A stretch of DNA of 64,000 bases from a virus, in IMG/VR virus record IMGVR_UViG_3300017714_002439; one strand, given 5' to 3'. A program made the translations under genes and the position numbers. The notes under the pieces were generated by a model. The model did no database searches. It was not told the origin of the DNA and saw only the letters and a program-made list of their open reading frames with translations. This document shows positions 36,756-44,548 of this stretch, piece by piece (position 1 is the first letter of the stretch; every line of letters begins with the position of its first letter).

Positions 36756-37826
36756 TTAGACATCAAGGCACTCTTTCCAATCTATTTTTCTAATAGCAGA
36801 AAGAGTGTCATAATAGTTAATCATTTTCTCTCTCAAATCATTATAATCATCTTGTGTGCTATTAAATTCAAGTAACTTGTTCAGTTTCTTGTTATTTAAA
36901 CTTCTTGCCTTTTCAATAATATGTGGTTGTGCTAAAAATGGTTGTAAGTGTTCGGGCTTATAAACACTATTAACCGACCATTCTATATCACGAACTTTAC
37001 ACCATTCTATAAGTTGAGGTATACTATCAATTCCACCTGCCTGTAAACTAGTTTCTACATATACCCATACATTATTATACTGTAACATTTTATCAACATT
37101 ACGTTCAATTTTATTCCATGTAAGAGGCCAACGAATAAAGTCATTAGCCTTACCATATGCATCTATACTAACATGTATAGAAACATGCACAAACTTTTTT
37201 AGTGTTTCCTGTAAGCGTTTACTAAAGCTACTACCATTAGATGTTATTTGAATATAGATATTAGGATTTAATTCTACAAGTTGATGTAGAAATTCATCTA
37301 GTAATCCTCTTACTGTTGGTTCACCACCTGTAAATCTAATACGTTTGGCCTTTGATGCAAATTGAACAATCTCTTTAAATTTTTCGTTATTTTCGAACCA
37401 ACTTATATTAGCAGGATCAGTAAAATATCTAAACTCTTTTAATTTTGGATTTGCTTTGTTTTCAGCATCTAGTAGACTACTATTATATGCACTACACATA
37501 ATACAACCAGCATTACATATATTACCAAACTTAATTTCCATGTCATGTAGATTAAATTCTTCTTGGTCAGGGTATCGTCTATTTCCATTATAAACCATCC
37601 CCTCAATTCCAGCTTGTTCATCTAATATACACTCTGTGCAACCAACAGCAAACCTATCTGCCTTCATATCAGTCATTAGGTTATTATAGAATTCACTGTT
37701 TAAGTAATCGTCTATACTATTAGTTGCAATATCTACTTGGTTGTCTTGTTCTTCCCATGCACAACAGGGTCTGTATTTGCCTGTAGAGCTTATGCTTACA
37801 TGGTTAGATGGCCATTTACACTTCAT
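36756..37826 (-). CDS. Radical SAM enzyme with N-terminal twitch/SPASM-like Cys cluster
   Basis: N-terminal CKW..YRPCC..CTEC, then CNAGCIMC, FTGGEP, TSNG and SIDAYG. Confidence 0.85.
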   Translation of the reverse strand: MKCKWPSNHVSISSTGKYRPCCAWEEQDNQVDIATNSIDDYLNSEFYNNLMTDMKADRFAVGCTECILDEQAGIEGMVYNGNRRYPDQEEFNLHDMEIKFGNICNAGCIMCSAYNSSLLDAENKANPKLKEFRYFTDPANISWFENNEKFKEIVQFASKAKRIRFTGGEPTVRGLLDEFLHQLVELNPNIYIQITSNGSSFSKRLQETLKKFVHVSIHVSIDAYGKANDFIRWPLTWNKIERNVDKMLQYNNVWVYVETSLQAGGIDSIPQLIEWCKVRDIEWSVNSVYKPEHLQPFLAQPHIIEKARSLNNKKLNKLLEFNSTQDDYNDLREKMINYYDTLSAIRKIDWKECLDV

Positions 37827-37837
37827 GTTAGTATTTA
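37827..37837 (-). promoter_or_regulatory. TAAATA-N5 leaderless late promoter
   Basis: Minus strand TAAATA ctaac ATG(37826). Confidence 0.6.
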
Positions 37838-37906
37838 TGGTAAATACAAGTGGTTGCATAATATGTAACATGTAGTATAATTATAACTATTTTATAGGAA
37901 ATTATT

Positions 37907-38314
37907 ATGGCATATAGCGAAAAAGTGCTAGACCATTACAACAATCCAAGAAATGTAGGTAAGTTTGATCCCAACGAAGAGAATATCGGAACTGGTATGG
38001 TAGGTGCACCTGCGTGTGGAGATGTAATGCGTTTACAAATAAAAGTAACAGAAGATGGCATTATTGAAGATGCAAAGTTTAAAACATATGGGTGTGGAAG
38101 TGCAATTGCTAGTTCAAGTATGGTAACAACTATGCTTAAAGGAATGACACTAGATGAAGCACAAGAAATTAAAAATACAACAATCGTTGAAGAACTAGCA
38201 TTACCGCCAGTTAAGATTCACTGTAGCGTATTGGCAGAAGATGCCATTAAGGCAGCAGTAAGAGATTACGGCGATAAAAAGCAAAAAATAAACGCAAAGC
38301 CTGTAGAGATATAA
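37907..38314 (+). CDS. iscU: Fe-S cluster scaffold IscU
   Basis: YSEKVLDHY.NPRNVG, APACGDVM, FKTYGCGSAIAS and PPVKIHCS. Confidence 0.96.
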   Translation: MAYSEKVLDHYNNPRNVGKFDPNEENIGTGMVGAPACGDVMRLQIKVTEDGIIEDAKFKTYGCGSAIASSSMVTTMLKGMTLDEAQEIKNTTIVEELALPPVKIHCSVLAEDAIKAAVRDYGDKKQKINAKPVEI

Positions 38315-38397
38315 GAAATAATATTGGTTAATTCATACCCAATGAAAAATAAATACTGATAAGTTAAAAATAACTTTAGCATTTAGGAGAAGATTTA

Positions 38398-39984
38398 ATG
38401 GCACAAAAAGCATTCATGGCTGATGCAGGAATTCGTTTAGGCGATTGGAGCATTGTAGAATTAGGAAACGGTGATATGCAAGTATCTAATACGCATGTTA
38501 TATCGGGTTCACAAAAAGCATTTAGAGTAGATAAAGGATTACGTATCGGCGACTGGAGAATGACAGTAAACAACGACGGAGATATGTTATTATCTGAAAC
38601 AGCAATAGTAGGCTCTCAAAGACCTTTCATAGCAGATGCTGGAGTTAAGGTTGGAGCATGGACACTTCATCCAACAGTTGATGGTGATTTATATGCAGAG
38701 AAAAATGCAGTAATGGTAAATTATACATTATCATGTAATTACTCAGCAGTCAACGAAGGTGGATCAGTTATAATATCTTTGGCAACAACAGGCGTAGCAG
38801 CTGGAACTAGTGTGCCATATACAATAACTGGAGTTACTAGTGCTGACATCAATGGTGCCAGTCTTACAGGAAACTTTGTAACAGGAACAACAGATTCAGT
38901 AACTTTAAATATTACAGCTGATTCTTCTACAGAAGGAACAGAAACTTTACAACTAGCATTGGATAACGGTAACTCAAGTAAGAGTGTTACAATAAATGAT
39001 ACAAGCACAATTGATTTATCACAATATAATTATACAGTTGCTATTACTGACTCAAATGGTAATGCAGTAACTAGTGTTAATGAAGGTGAAAATTATAATA
39101 TCACTACTACAACAAATGCACCAAACGGAACTTATCTATGGGTTCATTTAGTAGAAAACAACGAAAATGAACAAGTAGGTGATCCAGCTTGGATTGACTG
39201 GTTAATGGATGATACACAATCAATTGCAAGACAACCAGTGGTAACAAATGGTGGAACTACTACAACACTTTCTATGACAGCTGATCAAACTACTGAAACT
39301 GGATATGAGAAATTCACAGTTAAAATTTCAATAGCAGACGAATGGGCAGATGTTGCAGATCATTATGTAACACAGACAGCTGAAATTACAATTAATGATA
39401 CATCACAAACATCAAGCTCTGGAACACCAGCACAAGCACGTGACCGTTACTTACGTATTGCAGCCTCTAGTTATAATACTAATATATCATCTTATATAGC
39501 AGACCATGTTGACATGGATAGTGACCACCCTGATTGGACTTCAACTGGTATGACTACGGATGTAACACTTGTTAAGGTAGTGCATGCTCCATCAAGCACA
39601 ACACTAGAATTAGGCGATACAATACCGTCTAGTGTGTTTACCTTATCAGGTAACAGTGCATATCACACTTGGGGATTAGATGATACTGCATACTCAACTA
39701 GCCTTCATGCACCAAATGGATATCATATATCAGGATTTACAAAAGATCCAGGTAACGGAAATTATACAAGATGGAACATTGATTATGACGGTTCACAATT
39801 CGGTGCCAGAGAAGGGGTCATTGACCAATTGTTTGAAGGACAAGTAATTTCAAATTATGAAAATACTCCATGGATTACTTTTTACGATGCTGATGGCTAT
39901 AAATATGAGTTTTCTCATCATAGAAGATCCACAAATGGTTACGCTGACCAGTTCGAATATAACAGCACAACACAAGTATATTAA
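38398..39984 (+). CDS. Probable virion structural protein with tandem N-terminal repeats and Ig/Calx-beta-like domains
   Basis: Three roughly 36-aa repeats (K/RAF..D.G.R.G.W) then two Thr/Ser-rich SVNEG...TINDTS units. Confidence 0.65.
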   Translation: MAQKAFMADAGIRLGDWSIVELGNGDMQVSNTHVISGSQKAFRVDKGLRIGDWRMTVNNDGDMLLSETAIVGSQRPFIADAGVKVGAWTLHPTVDGDLYAEKNAVMVNYTLSCNYSAVNEGGSVIISLATTGVAAGTSVPYTITGVTSADINGASLTGNFVTGTTDSVTLNITADSSTEGTETLQLALDNGNSSKSVTINDTSTIDLSQYNYTVAITDSNGNAVTSVNEGENYNITTTTNAPNGTYLWVHLVENNENEQVGDPAWIDWLMDDTQSIARQPVVTNGGTTTTLSMTADQTTETGYEKFTVKISIADEWADVADHYVTQTAEITINDTSQTSSSGTPAQARDRYLRIAASSYNTNISSYIADHVDMDSDHPDWTSTGMTTDVTLVKVVHAPSSTTLELGDTIPSSVFTLSGNSAYHTWGLDDTAYSTSLHAPNGYHISGFTKDPGNGNYTRWNIDYDGSQFGAREGVIDQLFEGQVISNYENTPWITFYDADGYKYEFSHHRRSTNGYADQFEYNSTTQVY

Positions 39985-40007
39985 TAATTTTCAACTTATC
40001 TAAAATT

Positions 40008-40031
40008 AAAAGGGAGCTTAGGCTCCCTTTT
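40008..40031. terminator. Bidirectional intrinsic terminator
   Basis: AAAAGGGAGC-ttag-GCTCCCTTTT between convergent genes. Confidence 0.85.
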
Positions 40032-40452
40032 ATGATATATTACACCAATACTGTTCCATACCAGGTTTAAGAGAATCACAACCTCGTATAAGCAATTCCA
40101 ACATTTCAGAAAGGTCTCCAGCTACACCTGTAATAATTGCTATCAGACAAAACAATATAAAAAGAGTTATAGGACTTGTAAGAATAAGTAACCAATAAGT
40201 TCTAAATATTCCGTGTCCATGTTCTTTACGATATTCTCTTTTACGAGCAAACCAACGAGCAATGCCTTTTATTAATCGTTTTATTCCACCAGTAAACCAA
40301 TCACCTATTAAATGTCTAATAACTCTAACAACAATAAGAATAGGACTTGAAATTACTTCCCATACTAAAAGCAATGCGTCAACAATAAGATCAACTACAT
40401 GATCTATTGTCCACCAATCTTTAAATCTTTGCCATCTGCTTTTTTGTTCCAT
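40030..40452 (-). CDS. Membrane protein
   Basis: Start trimmed to MEQKSRW; two hydrophobic segments. Confidence 0.65.
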   Translation of the reverse strand: MEQKSRWQRFKDWWTIDHVVDLIVDALLLVWEVISSPILIVVRVIRHLIGDWFTGGIKRLIKGIARWFARKREYRKEHGHGIFRTYWLLILTSPITLFILFCLIAIITGVAGDLSEMLELLIRGCDSLKPGMEQYWCNIS

Positions 40453-40463
40453 GTTACTATTTA
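40453..40463 (-). promoter_or_regulatory. TAAATA-N5 leaderless late promoter
   Basis: Minus strand TATAAATA gtaac ATG(40452). Confidence 0.65.
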
Positions 40464-40471
40464 TAAAAAGG

Positions 40472-40500
40472 TTGACAAGCAAGATATCTTACAGTATGCT
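40472..40500 (+). promoter_or_regulatory. Sigma70 early promoter with perfect AAGATATCTT spacer palindrome
   Basis: TTGACA agcaagatatcttacag TATGCT. Confidence 0.75.
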
Positions 40501-40526
40501 AAACATAGTTAACAAAAGGAACTAAT

Positions 40527-40844
40527 ATGTCTATCAAAGATATAGTAATGATTGCCTTAGCTGGTTCTATATACATATCAGCTACAGGTATTGCAAAAGC
40601 AGATAATACTATTATAAGAGATTGTCAAGTAAAACATAATTACAACGGTCTCAATGAAACAAAAACATGGAGCAATATTGCTACATGTATTGTAACAGAG
40701 AAAAATAAAATACGATTTGCAGAAGAAGATCGATTATGGGCATTCGTAAAAGCTAATCCACACTATCGTTATCCTGGTTCAGCATTGCCTAATGGTAAAA
40801 TTTTACCTTTGGATCCTGGTCATTTTTCTTCAAAAAAATGGTAA
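40527..40844 (+). CDS. Hypothetical secreted protein
   Basis: Signal peptide ending AKA; AAGGA RBS. Confidence 0.7.
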   Translation: MSIKDIVMIALAGSIYISATGIAKADNTIIRDCQVKHNYNGLNETKTWSNIATCIVTEKNKIRFAEEDRLWAFVKANPHYRYPGSALPNGKILPLDPGHFSSKKW

Positions 40845-40861
40845 TTTCTAAAGAAAAAAGG

Positions 40862-40890
40862 TTGACAACCAAGACATCTTACTATATACT
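40862..40890 (+). promoter_or_regulatory. Sigma70 early promoter with AAGA-CA-TCTT spacer
   Basis: TTGACA accaagacatcttacta TATACT. Confidence 0.8.
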
Positions 40891-40921
40891 ATAAGTATAG
40901 TTAATAAAAAAAGGAACTAAT

Positions 40922-41278
40922 ATGTTTGTAGGATATCAAGAAGAAATGTTTAAAAGTGAATGGGGTGTTAATCCTGGATTTAAGCATCTAGCAGATCAAC
41001 TATGTGACATGCTTCCACTACAAGGTAGTGTTGAAAACCCACGTAGCACTAACAAACAATTAGAAAAATTCCGTAAAGCACAAAACGTTATATACGATTT
41101 ATTTAACAATGGATTGTGTAATAGACGAACTGAATACCGTAACATGTTTGGTGAAGTTCCTATTCCAGGTTACGGACATGAAATTAGTAACATTCGTTGG
41201 AGTCAAGTAGAAGATGAAGTTGAAGCAAACTTTACTCCTATTATTTTAGCAGCGGCAAAAGAACAAGGATTGTCATAA
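40922..41278 (+). CDS. Conserved phage hypothetical protein
   Basis: AAGGA RBS; LEKFRKAQNVIYDLFNNGLCN motif. Confidence 0.75.
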   Translation: MFVGYQEEMFKSEWGVNPGFKHLADQLCDMLPLQGSVENPRSTNKQLEKFRKAQNVIYDLFNNGLCNRRTEYRNMFGEVPIPGYGHEISNIRWSQVEDEVEANFTPIILAAAKEQGLS

Positions 41279-41466
41279 TGATACGTATTTTTAATTCATC
41301 AGTACCAGGCGAACGTTGGATCTCACTAGACGAAGTTAATGTTGTAACACAGAAGATTTGTCCTGTTCAAAGTTCACCTTATATACTATTTGAACACAAT
41401 GATTATCCATTAGGTGCTTTACGTGCCGAATATAATGGAGAACATTGGTCATGCGATTTAGATTGA
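41278..41466 (+). CDS. Small hypothetical protein
   Basis: TAATG coupling. Confidence 0.6.
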   Translation: MIRIFNSSVPGERWISLDEVNVVTQKICPVQSSPYILFEHNDYPLGALRAEYNGEHWSCDLD

Positions 41467-41615
41467 GAGGCAACATGCAACATCCTAATACCATAATATT
41501 AACTAAAAGTAGTATTTTTGGCCTAGCACTAACAGGTCTAATGATTTGTCTAAATATTTACTTTTTCTTTTAAACATAGGTTGACTTTTATACATTTTCG
41601 TGTATAAATAATATT

Positions 41616-41866
41616 GTTAACGTTGAAGCAACGTGGACACATACTGGACCTCGGGGCAGTACCGAGCAGCTCCACCATAAACACATTGCACAGTTAGTGT
41701 GCTTATGATGGGGCTGAAATAGGATCGACGGGTGTGAGAAGTGAAGTGGAGTTAACCGGTTGAGTGCGTTATTGCTCAAAATTCATAATTGCAAACGATA
41801 ATTATGCGCCAGAGATGGCATTAGCGGCGTAAAGCCACTATGAGGTAGCTATACCTTATCACCCAA
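41616..41866 (+). ncRNA. ssrA: Circularly permuted (two-piece) tmRNA; tag ANDNYAPEMALAA
   Basis: Acceptor piece ends CTCGG-GGCAGTA-CCGAG-CAGCTCCACCA (41677); 32-nt intervening segment; coding piece starts GGGGCTG (41710) giving G3:U70; tag frame 41791-41832. Outer ends are approximate. Confidence 0.92.
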
Positions 41867-41876
41867 AATAGTATGG

Positions 41877-41905
41877 AAAAAGGTCGCCTAGTGCGGCCTT
41901 TTTTT
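41877..41905 (+). terminator. Intrinsic terminator after tmRNA
   Basis: AAAAAGGTCGC-ctagt-GCGGCC followed by TTTTTTT. Confidence 0.8.
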
Positions 41906-41912
41906 GTGACTA

Positions 41913-41923
41913 TAAATACTAGC
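41913..41923 (+). promoter_or_regulatory. TAAATA-N5 leaderless late promoter
   Basis: TATAAATA ctagc ATG(41924). Confidence 0.7.
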
Positions 41924-42967
41924 ATGATATACTCAAAGAATCCTGTAATTTTACAACTAGAACTTAGTAGTATGTGTAACGCATTATGTTTAGGTTGTCA
42001 ACGTGTTGATCCAAACACATATAATACAGTGCATCCAGATATCCCAAAAAAAGAAATGATATCAGTTGATACAATATACAAACTGATTAGTAGTCCACGA
42101 ATGTCTACAGTAGAAGAAATACAATTTTGTGGAACCATAGACGAACCGTTAATGCATCCGCAATTTATGGATATTATAGATGCAATGTATAAAACGAATC
42201 CTGAACTTGAGATGGAAATACACACAAACGGAAGTTTACGTTCTACTGATTACTGGAAAGACTTAGCAGTTAAACTATCTAAGTTTAGAAAACATAAAGT
42301 ATTATTTGGCATAGATGGGTTAACCGATACACATAGTATATACAGGCAACAAACAGATTTTGAAACTATTATAAAAAATGCATCACACTTTATACAATCA
42401 GGTGGAAATGCACAGTGGCAATATCTTATATTTCCATGGAACAAACATCAAGTTGAAGAAGCACGTAATATGAGTAAACAGTTAGGATTTAAACAGTTTA
42501 AAACACGCAATGATAGAAGTGGAGTAAGCGAAGAAGGATTAAAACGAGTAAAAGAAATACAAAAACACCCAGTAACGTCTATTATGGGATCTGACGCAAG
42601 TGTATACAATGGATATAAAATAAAGTGTATGAATCACGAAGAAGATATGTATCATGTTTCATATGATGGCAGGCTTTGGCCATGTTGTTATTTTGGTAAT
42701 GTCAGATACATGGGTCCAAAATTATATAATGAATTTAAACAAAGAATATTTGGAGTATATGGTGAAGATTTTAATTTGCTTACTAAACACACAGTAGAAG
42801 AAATATTAGATTCAGAGTTATATACAAATGACCTAATCGAGTCTTGGAATAATCCAGTAGGTTGCGGTAGCAAAGATAAAGTAAATCGTTGTGCAATGTC
42901 ATGTAGCGTTAAAGCACTTGAAACAAGACCAATAGCAACTGCACACGAAGTAACAACATTTGATTAA
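41924..42967 (+). CDS. Radical SAM enzyme with SPASM/twitch-like domain
   Basis: CNALCLGC, DEPLMHP, HTNG, FGIDG and LWPCC; start moved to MIYSK. Confidence 0.85.
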   Translation: MIYSKNPVILQLELSSMCNALCLGCQRVDPNTYNTVHPDIPKKEMISVDTIYKLISSPRMSTVEEIQFCGTIDEPLMHPQFMDIIDAMYKTNPELEMEIHTNGSLRSTDYWKDLAVKLSKFRKHKVLFGIDGLTDTHSIYRQQTDFETIIKNASHFIQSGGNAQWQYLIFPWNKHQVEEARNMSKQLGFKQFKTRNDRSGVSEEGLKRVKEIQKHPVTSIMGSDASVYNGYKIKCMNHEEDMYHVSYDGRLWPCCYFGNVRYMGPKLYNEFKQRIFGVYGEDFNLLTKHTVEEILDSELYTNDLIESWNNPVGCGSKDKVNRCAMSCSVKALETRPIATAHEVTTFD

Positions 42968-42975
42968 ATAACACT
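42965..42975 (+). promoter_or_regulatory. TAAATA-N5 leaderless late promoter
   Basis: TAAATA acact ATG(42976). Confidence 0.6.
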
Positions 42976-43611
42976 ATGAGATATAATGCATATGACATTT
43001 CAATAACTACATATTGCCAGTTATTCTGTGCTGGATGTCAACGCAATGATGAAGATAATAATCTATCAAAAGAACTAGTGCAAGAGCATATGTCGTATGA
43101 GACATTTTGTATGATTATGAATCAGATTGATACAATGCCAGTTTCTCATATACAACTATGTGGTGAACTAGGTGATCCTATGATGCATCCAGATATAGAT
43201 AGAATATTAGAACGTATTTTAAAATCAAATTATACAATTATGATTAATACAAATGGTGCATTGCGTAGCCCAAGTTGGTATACAAAATGGGCAAGTAACC
43301 CTAATATTAAAATTTATTGGGGAATTGATGGATTAGATCACGTAACAAATGATAAGTATCGACGAGGAGCAAACTTTAAAAAAGCATGGGATAATATGTC
43401 TGCATGGTTTAAAAATAAAGGAAAAGGTGAATGGCATTTTATATTGTTTAGTTGGAATCTACATCAAGTTCCAGAGGTTGCGAGAATTGGAAGAGAAGAA
43501 CTTAATTGTAAAGTTCTTTACAAACTGACGCCAAGTAATACAGGTAAAGATGGATTAACTAATGAATATTGGGATCAAGCAAAACAACTGGTAGATAGAT
43601 ATGCAACATGA
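42976..43611 (+). CDS. Radical SAM core domain (split gene, N-terminal part)
   Basis: CQLFCAGC, GDPMMHP, NTNG and WGIDG; ends before the SPASM region. Confidence 0.8.
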   Translation: MRYNAYDISITTYCQLFCAGCQRNDEDNNLSKELVQEHMSYETFCMIMNQIDTMPVSHIQLCGELGDPMMHPDIDRILERILKSNYTIMINTNGALRSPSWYTKWASNPNIKIYWGIDGLDHVTNDKYRRGANFKKAWDNMSAWFKNKGKGEWHFILFSWNLHQVPEVARIGREELNCKVLYKLTPSNTGKDGLTNEYWDQAKQLVDRYAT

Positions 43612-43990
43612 TATAAAATGTATGTCATGGGGCGAAGCTGACCAACCTGGAGCAAAGTCTGAAAGACAATGGGAAATTAATATAGATGGCAAAGTATGGC
43701 CATGTTGTATATTTGTTATTGATGCATATCCATATATGTCGCATGAATTACTTAAAACTCCAGAGTTCATGGAACTATATGAAAAAGATCCTAACTGGAA
43801 TAGTTTACATCACCATAGTTTAGAAAAAATACAATCACATCCATTTTATACAGAGGTTGTGCATCCAAAAGGTTGGGAAAGTGATAACCCTCCTAACATG
43901 TGTGCAAAGTATTGTGGCAAGTGCAGAACCAAAGAGCTTGATAGGACATCAGCAGGTCAACAACAAGATTCAAATACTATTAATAAATAG
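43601..43990 (+). CDS. Stand-alone SPASM/twitch-like domain (split gene, C-terminal part)
   Basis: IKCM..IDGKVWPCC..CAKYC aligns with the C-terminus of 41924. Confidence 0.75.
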   Translation: MQHDIKCMSWGEADQPGAKSERQWEINIDGKVWPCCIFVIDAYPYMSHELLKTPEFMELYEKDPNWNSLHHHSLEKIQSHPFYTEVVHPKGWESDNPPNMCAKYCGKCRTKELDRTSAGQQQDSNTINK

Positions 43991-43991
43991 G

Positions 43992-44021
43992 TTGACATTC
44001 ATTACATATCAGTGTTAGTAT
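43992..44021 (+). promoter_or_regulatory. Sigma70-like promoter for tRNA-Trp
   Basis: TTGACA-18 nt-TAGTAT with an extended TG. Confidence 0.55.
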
Positions 44022-44036
44022 GATTGCAAGTTGTTA

Positions 44037-44111
44037 ATGGGTGTGGTGCTAATGGTAACATAGCGGTCTCCAAAACCGAAGACGAGGGTTCGATTCCTTC
44101 CACCTATGCCA
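44037..44111 (+). tRNA. tRNA-Trp(CCA)
   Basis: Acceptor ATGGGTG/CACCTAT, G73, anticodon loop CTCCAAA, TTCGATT T-loop, encoded CCA. Confidence 0.93.
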
Positions 44112-44155
44112 ACTTAGATAAATAGATCTAAAAAACTATTTAACCAAGGAGGGTT

Positions 44156-44299
44156 ATGAAATTATATAAAAATTTTATAGCACACGAAACACAACCAAAG
44201 AAAACAAGCATAGGAAACACTCACTCTAGAACAAAATTTAGCTCAATGAACAAAAGTAAAAAACGTTCATATAAGAAGTATAAAGGACAGGGTAAGTAA
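44156..44299 (+). CDS. Very basic small protein (47 aa), not in the ORF track
   Basis: AAGGAGG RBS; MKLYKNFIAHETQPKKTSIG...KKYKGQGK. Confidence 0.7.
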   Translation: MKLYKNFIAHETQPKKTSIGNTHSRTKFSSMNKSKKRSYKKYKGQGK

Positions 44300-44301
44300 T
44301 T

Positions 44302-44511
44302 ATGGGATTTAAAGCAGCAACAACTAAACCTAAGTCTGTAAACTGGAAACGTTATATAGATGGAGTTGAAATTAAACCATCTATGTATGTAGGTAAAAAT
44401 GGAAAAAGTGTTATTGGCGGATCAGTTGATGGAGAAGTAATTTTAGATAAAGATGGAAATGCTATTCCATTTGGTCAAATAAGACATACTTCAATTGCAC
44501 ATCAAAAATAA
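44302..44511 (+). CDS. Small hypothetical protein
   Basis: Follows the previous ORF by 2 nt. Confidence 0.6.
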   Translation: MGFKAATTKPKSVNWKRYIDGVEIKPSMYVGKNGKSVIGGSVDGEVILDKDGNAIPFGQIRHTSIAHQK

Positions 44512-44514
44512 AAC

Positions 44515-44542
44515 TTGACAAATGCTTTATAAGTAGTATAAT
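44515..44542 (+). promoter_or_regulatory. Sigma70 promoter, probably leaderless
   Basis: TTGACA-16 nt-TATAAT; ATG lies 6 nt downstream with no SD. Confidence 0.65.
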
Positions 44543-44548
44543 AAAAGC

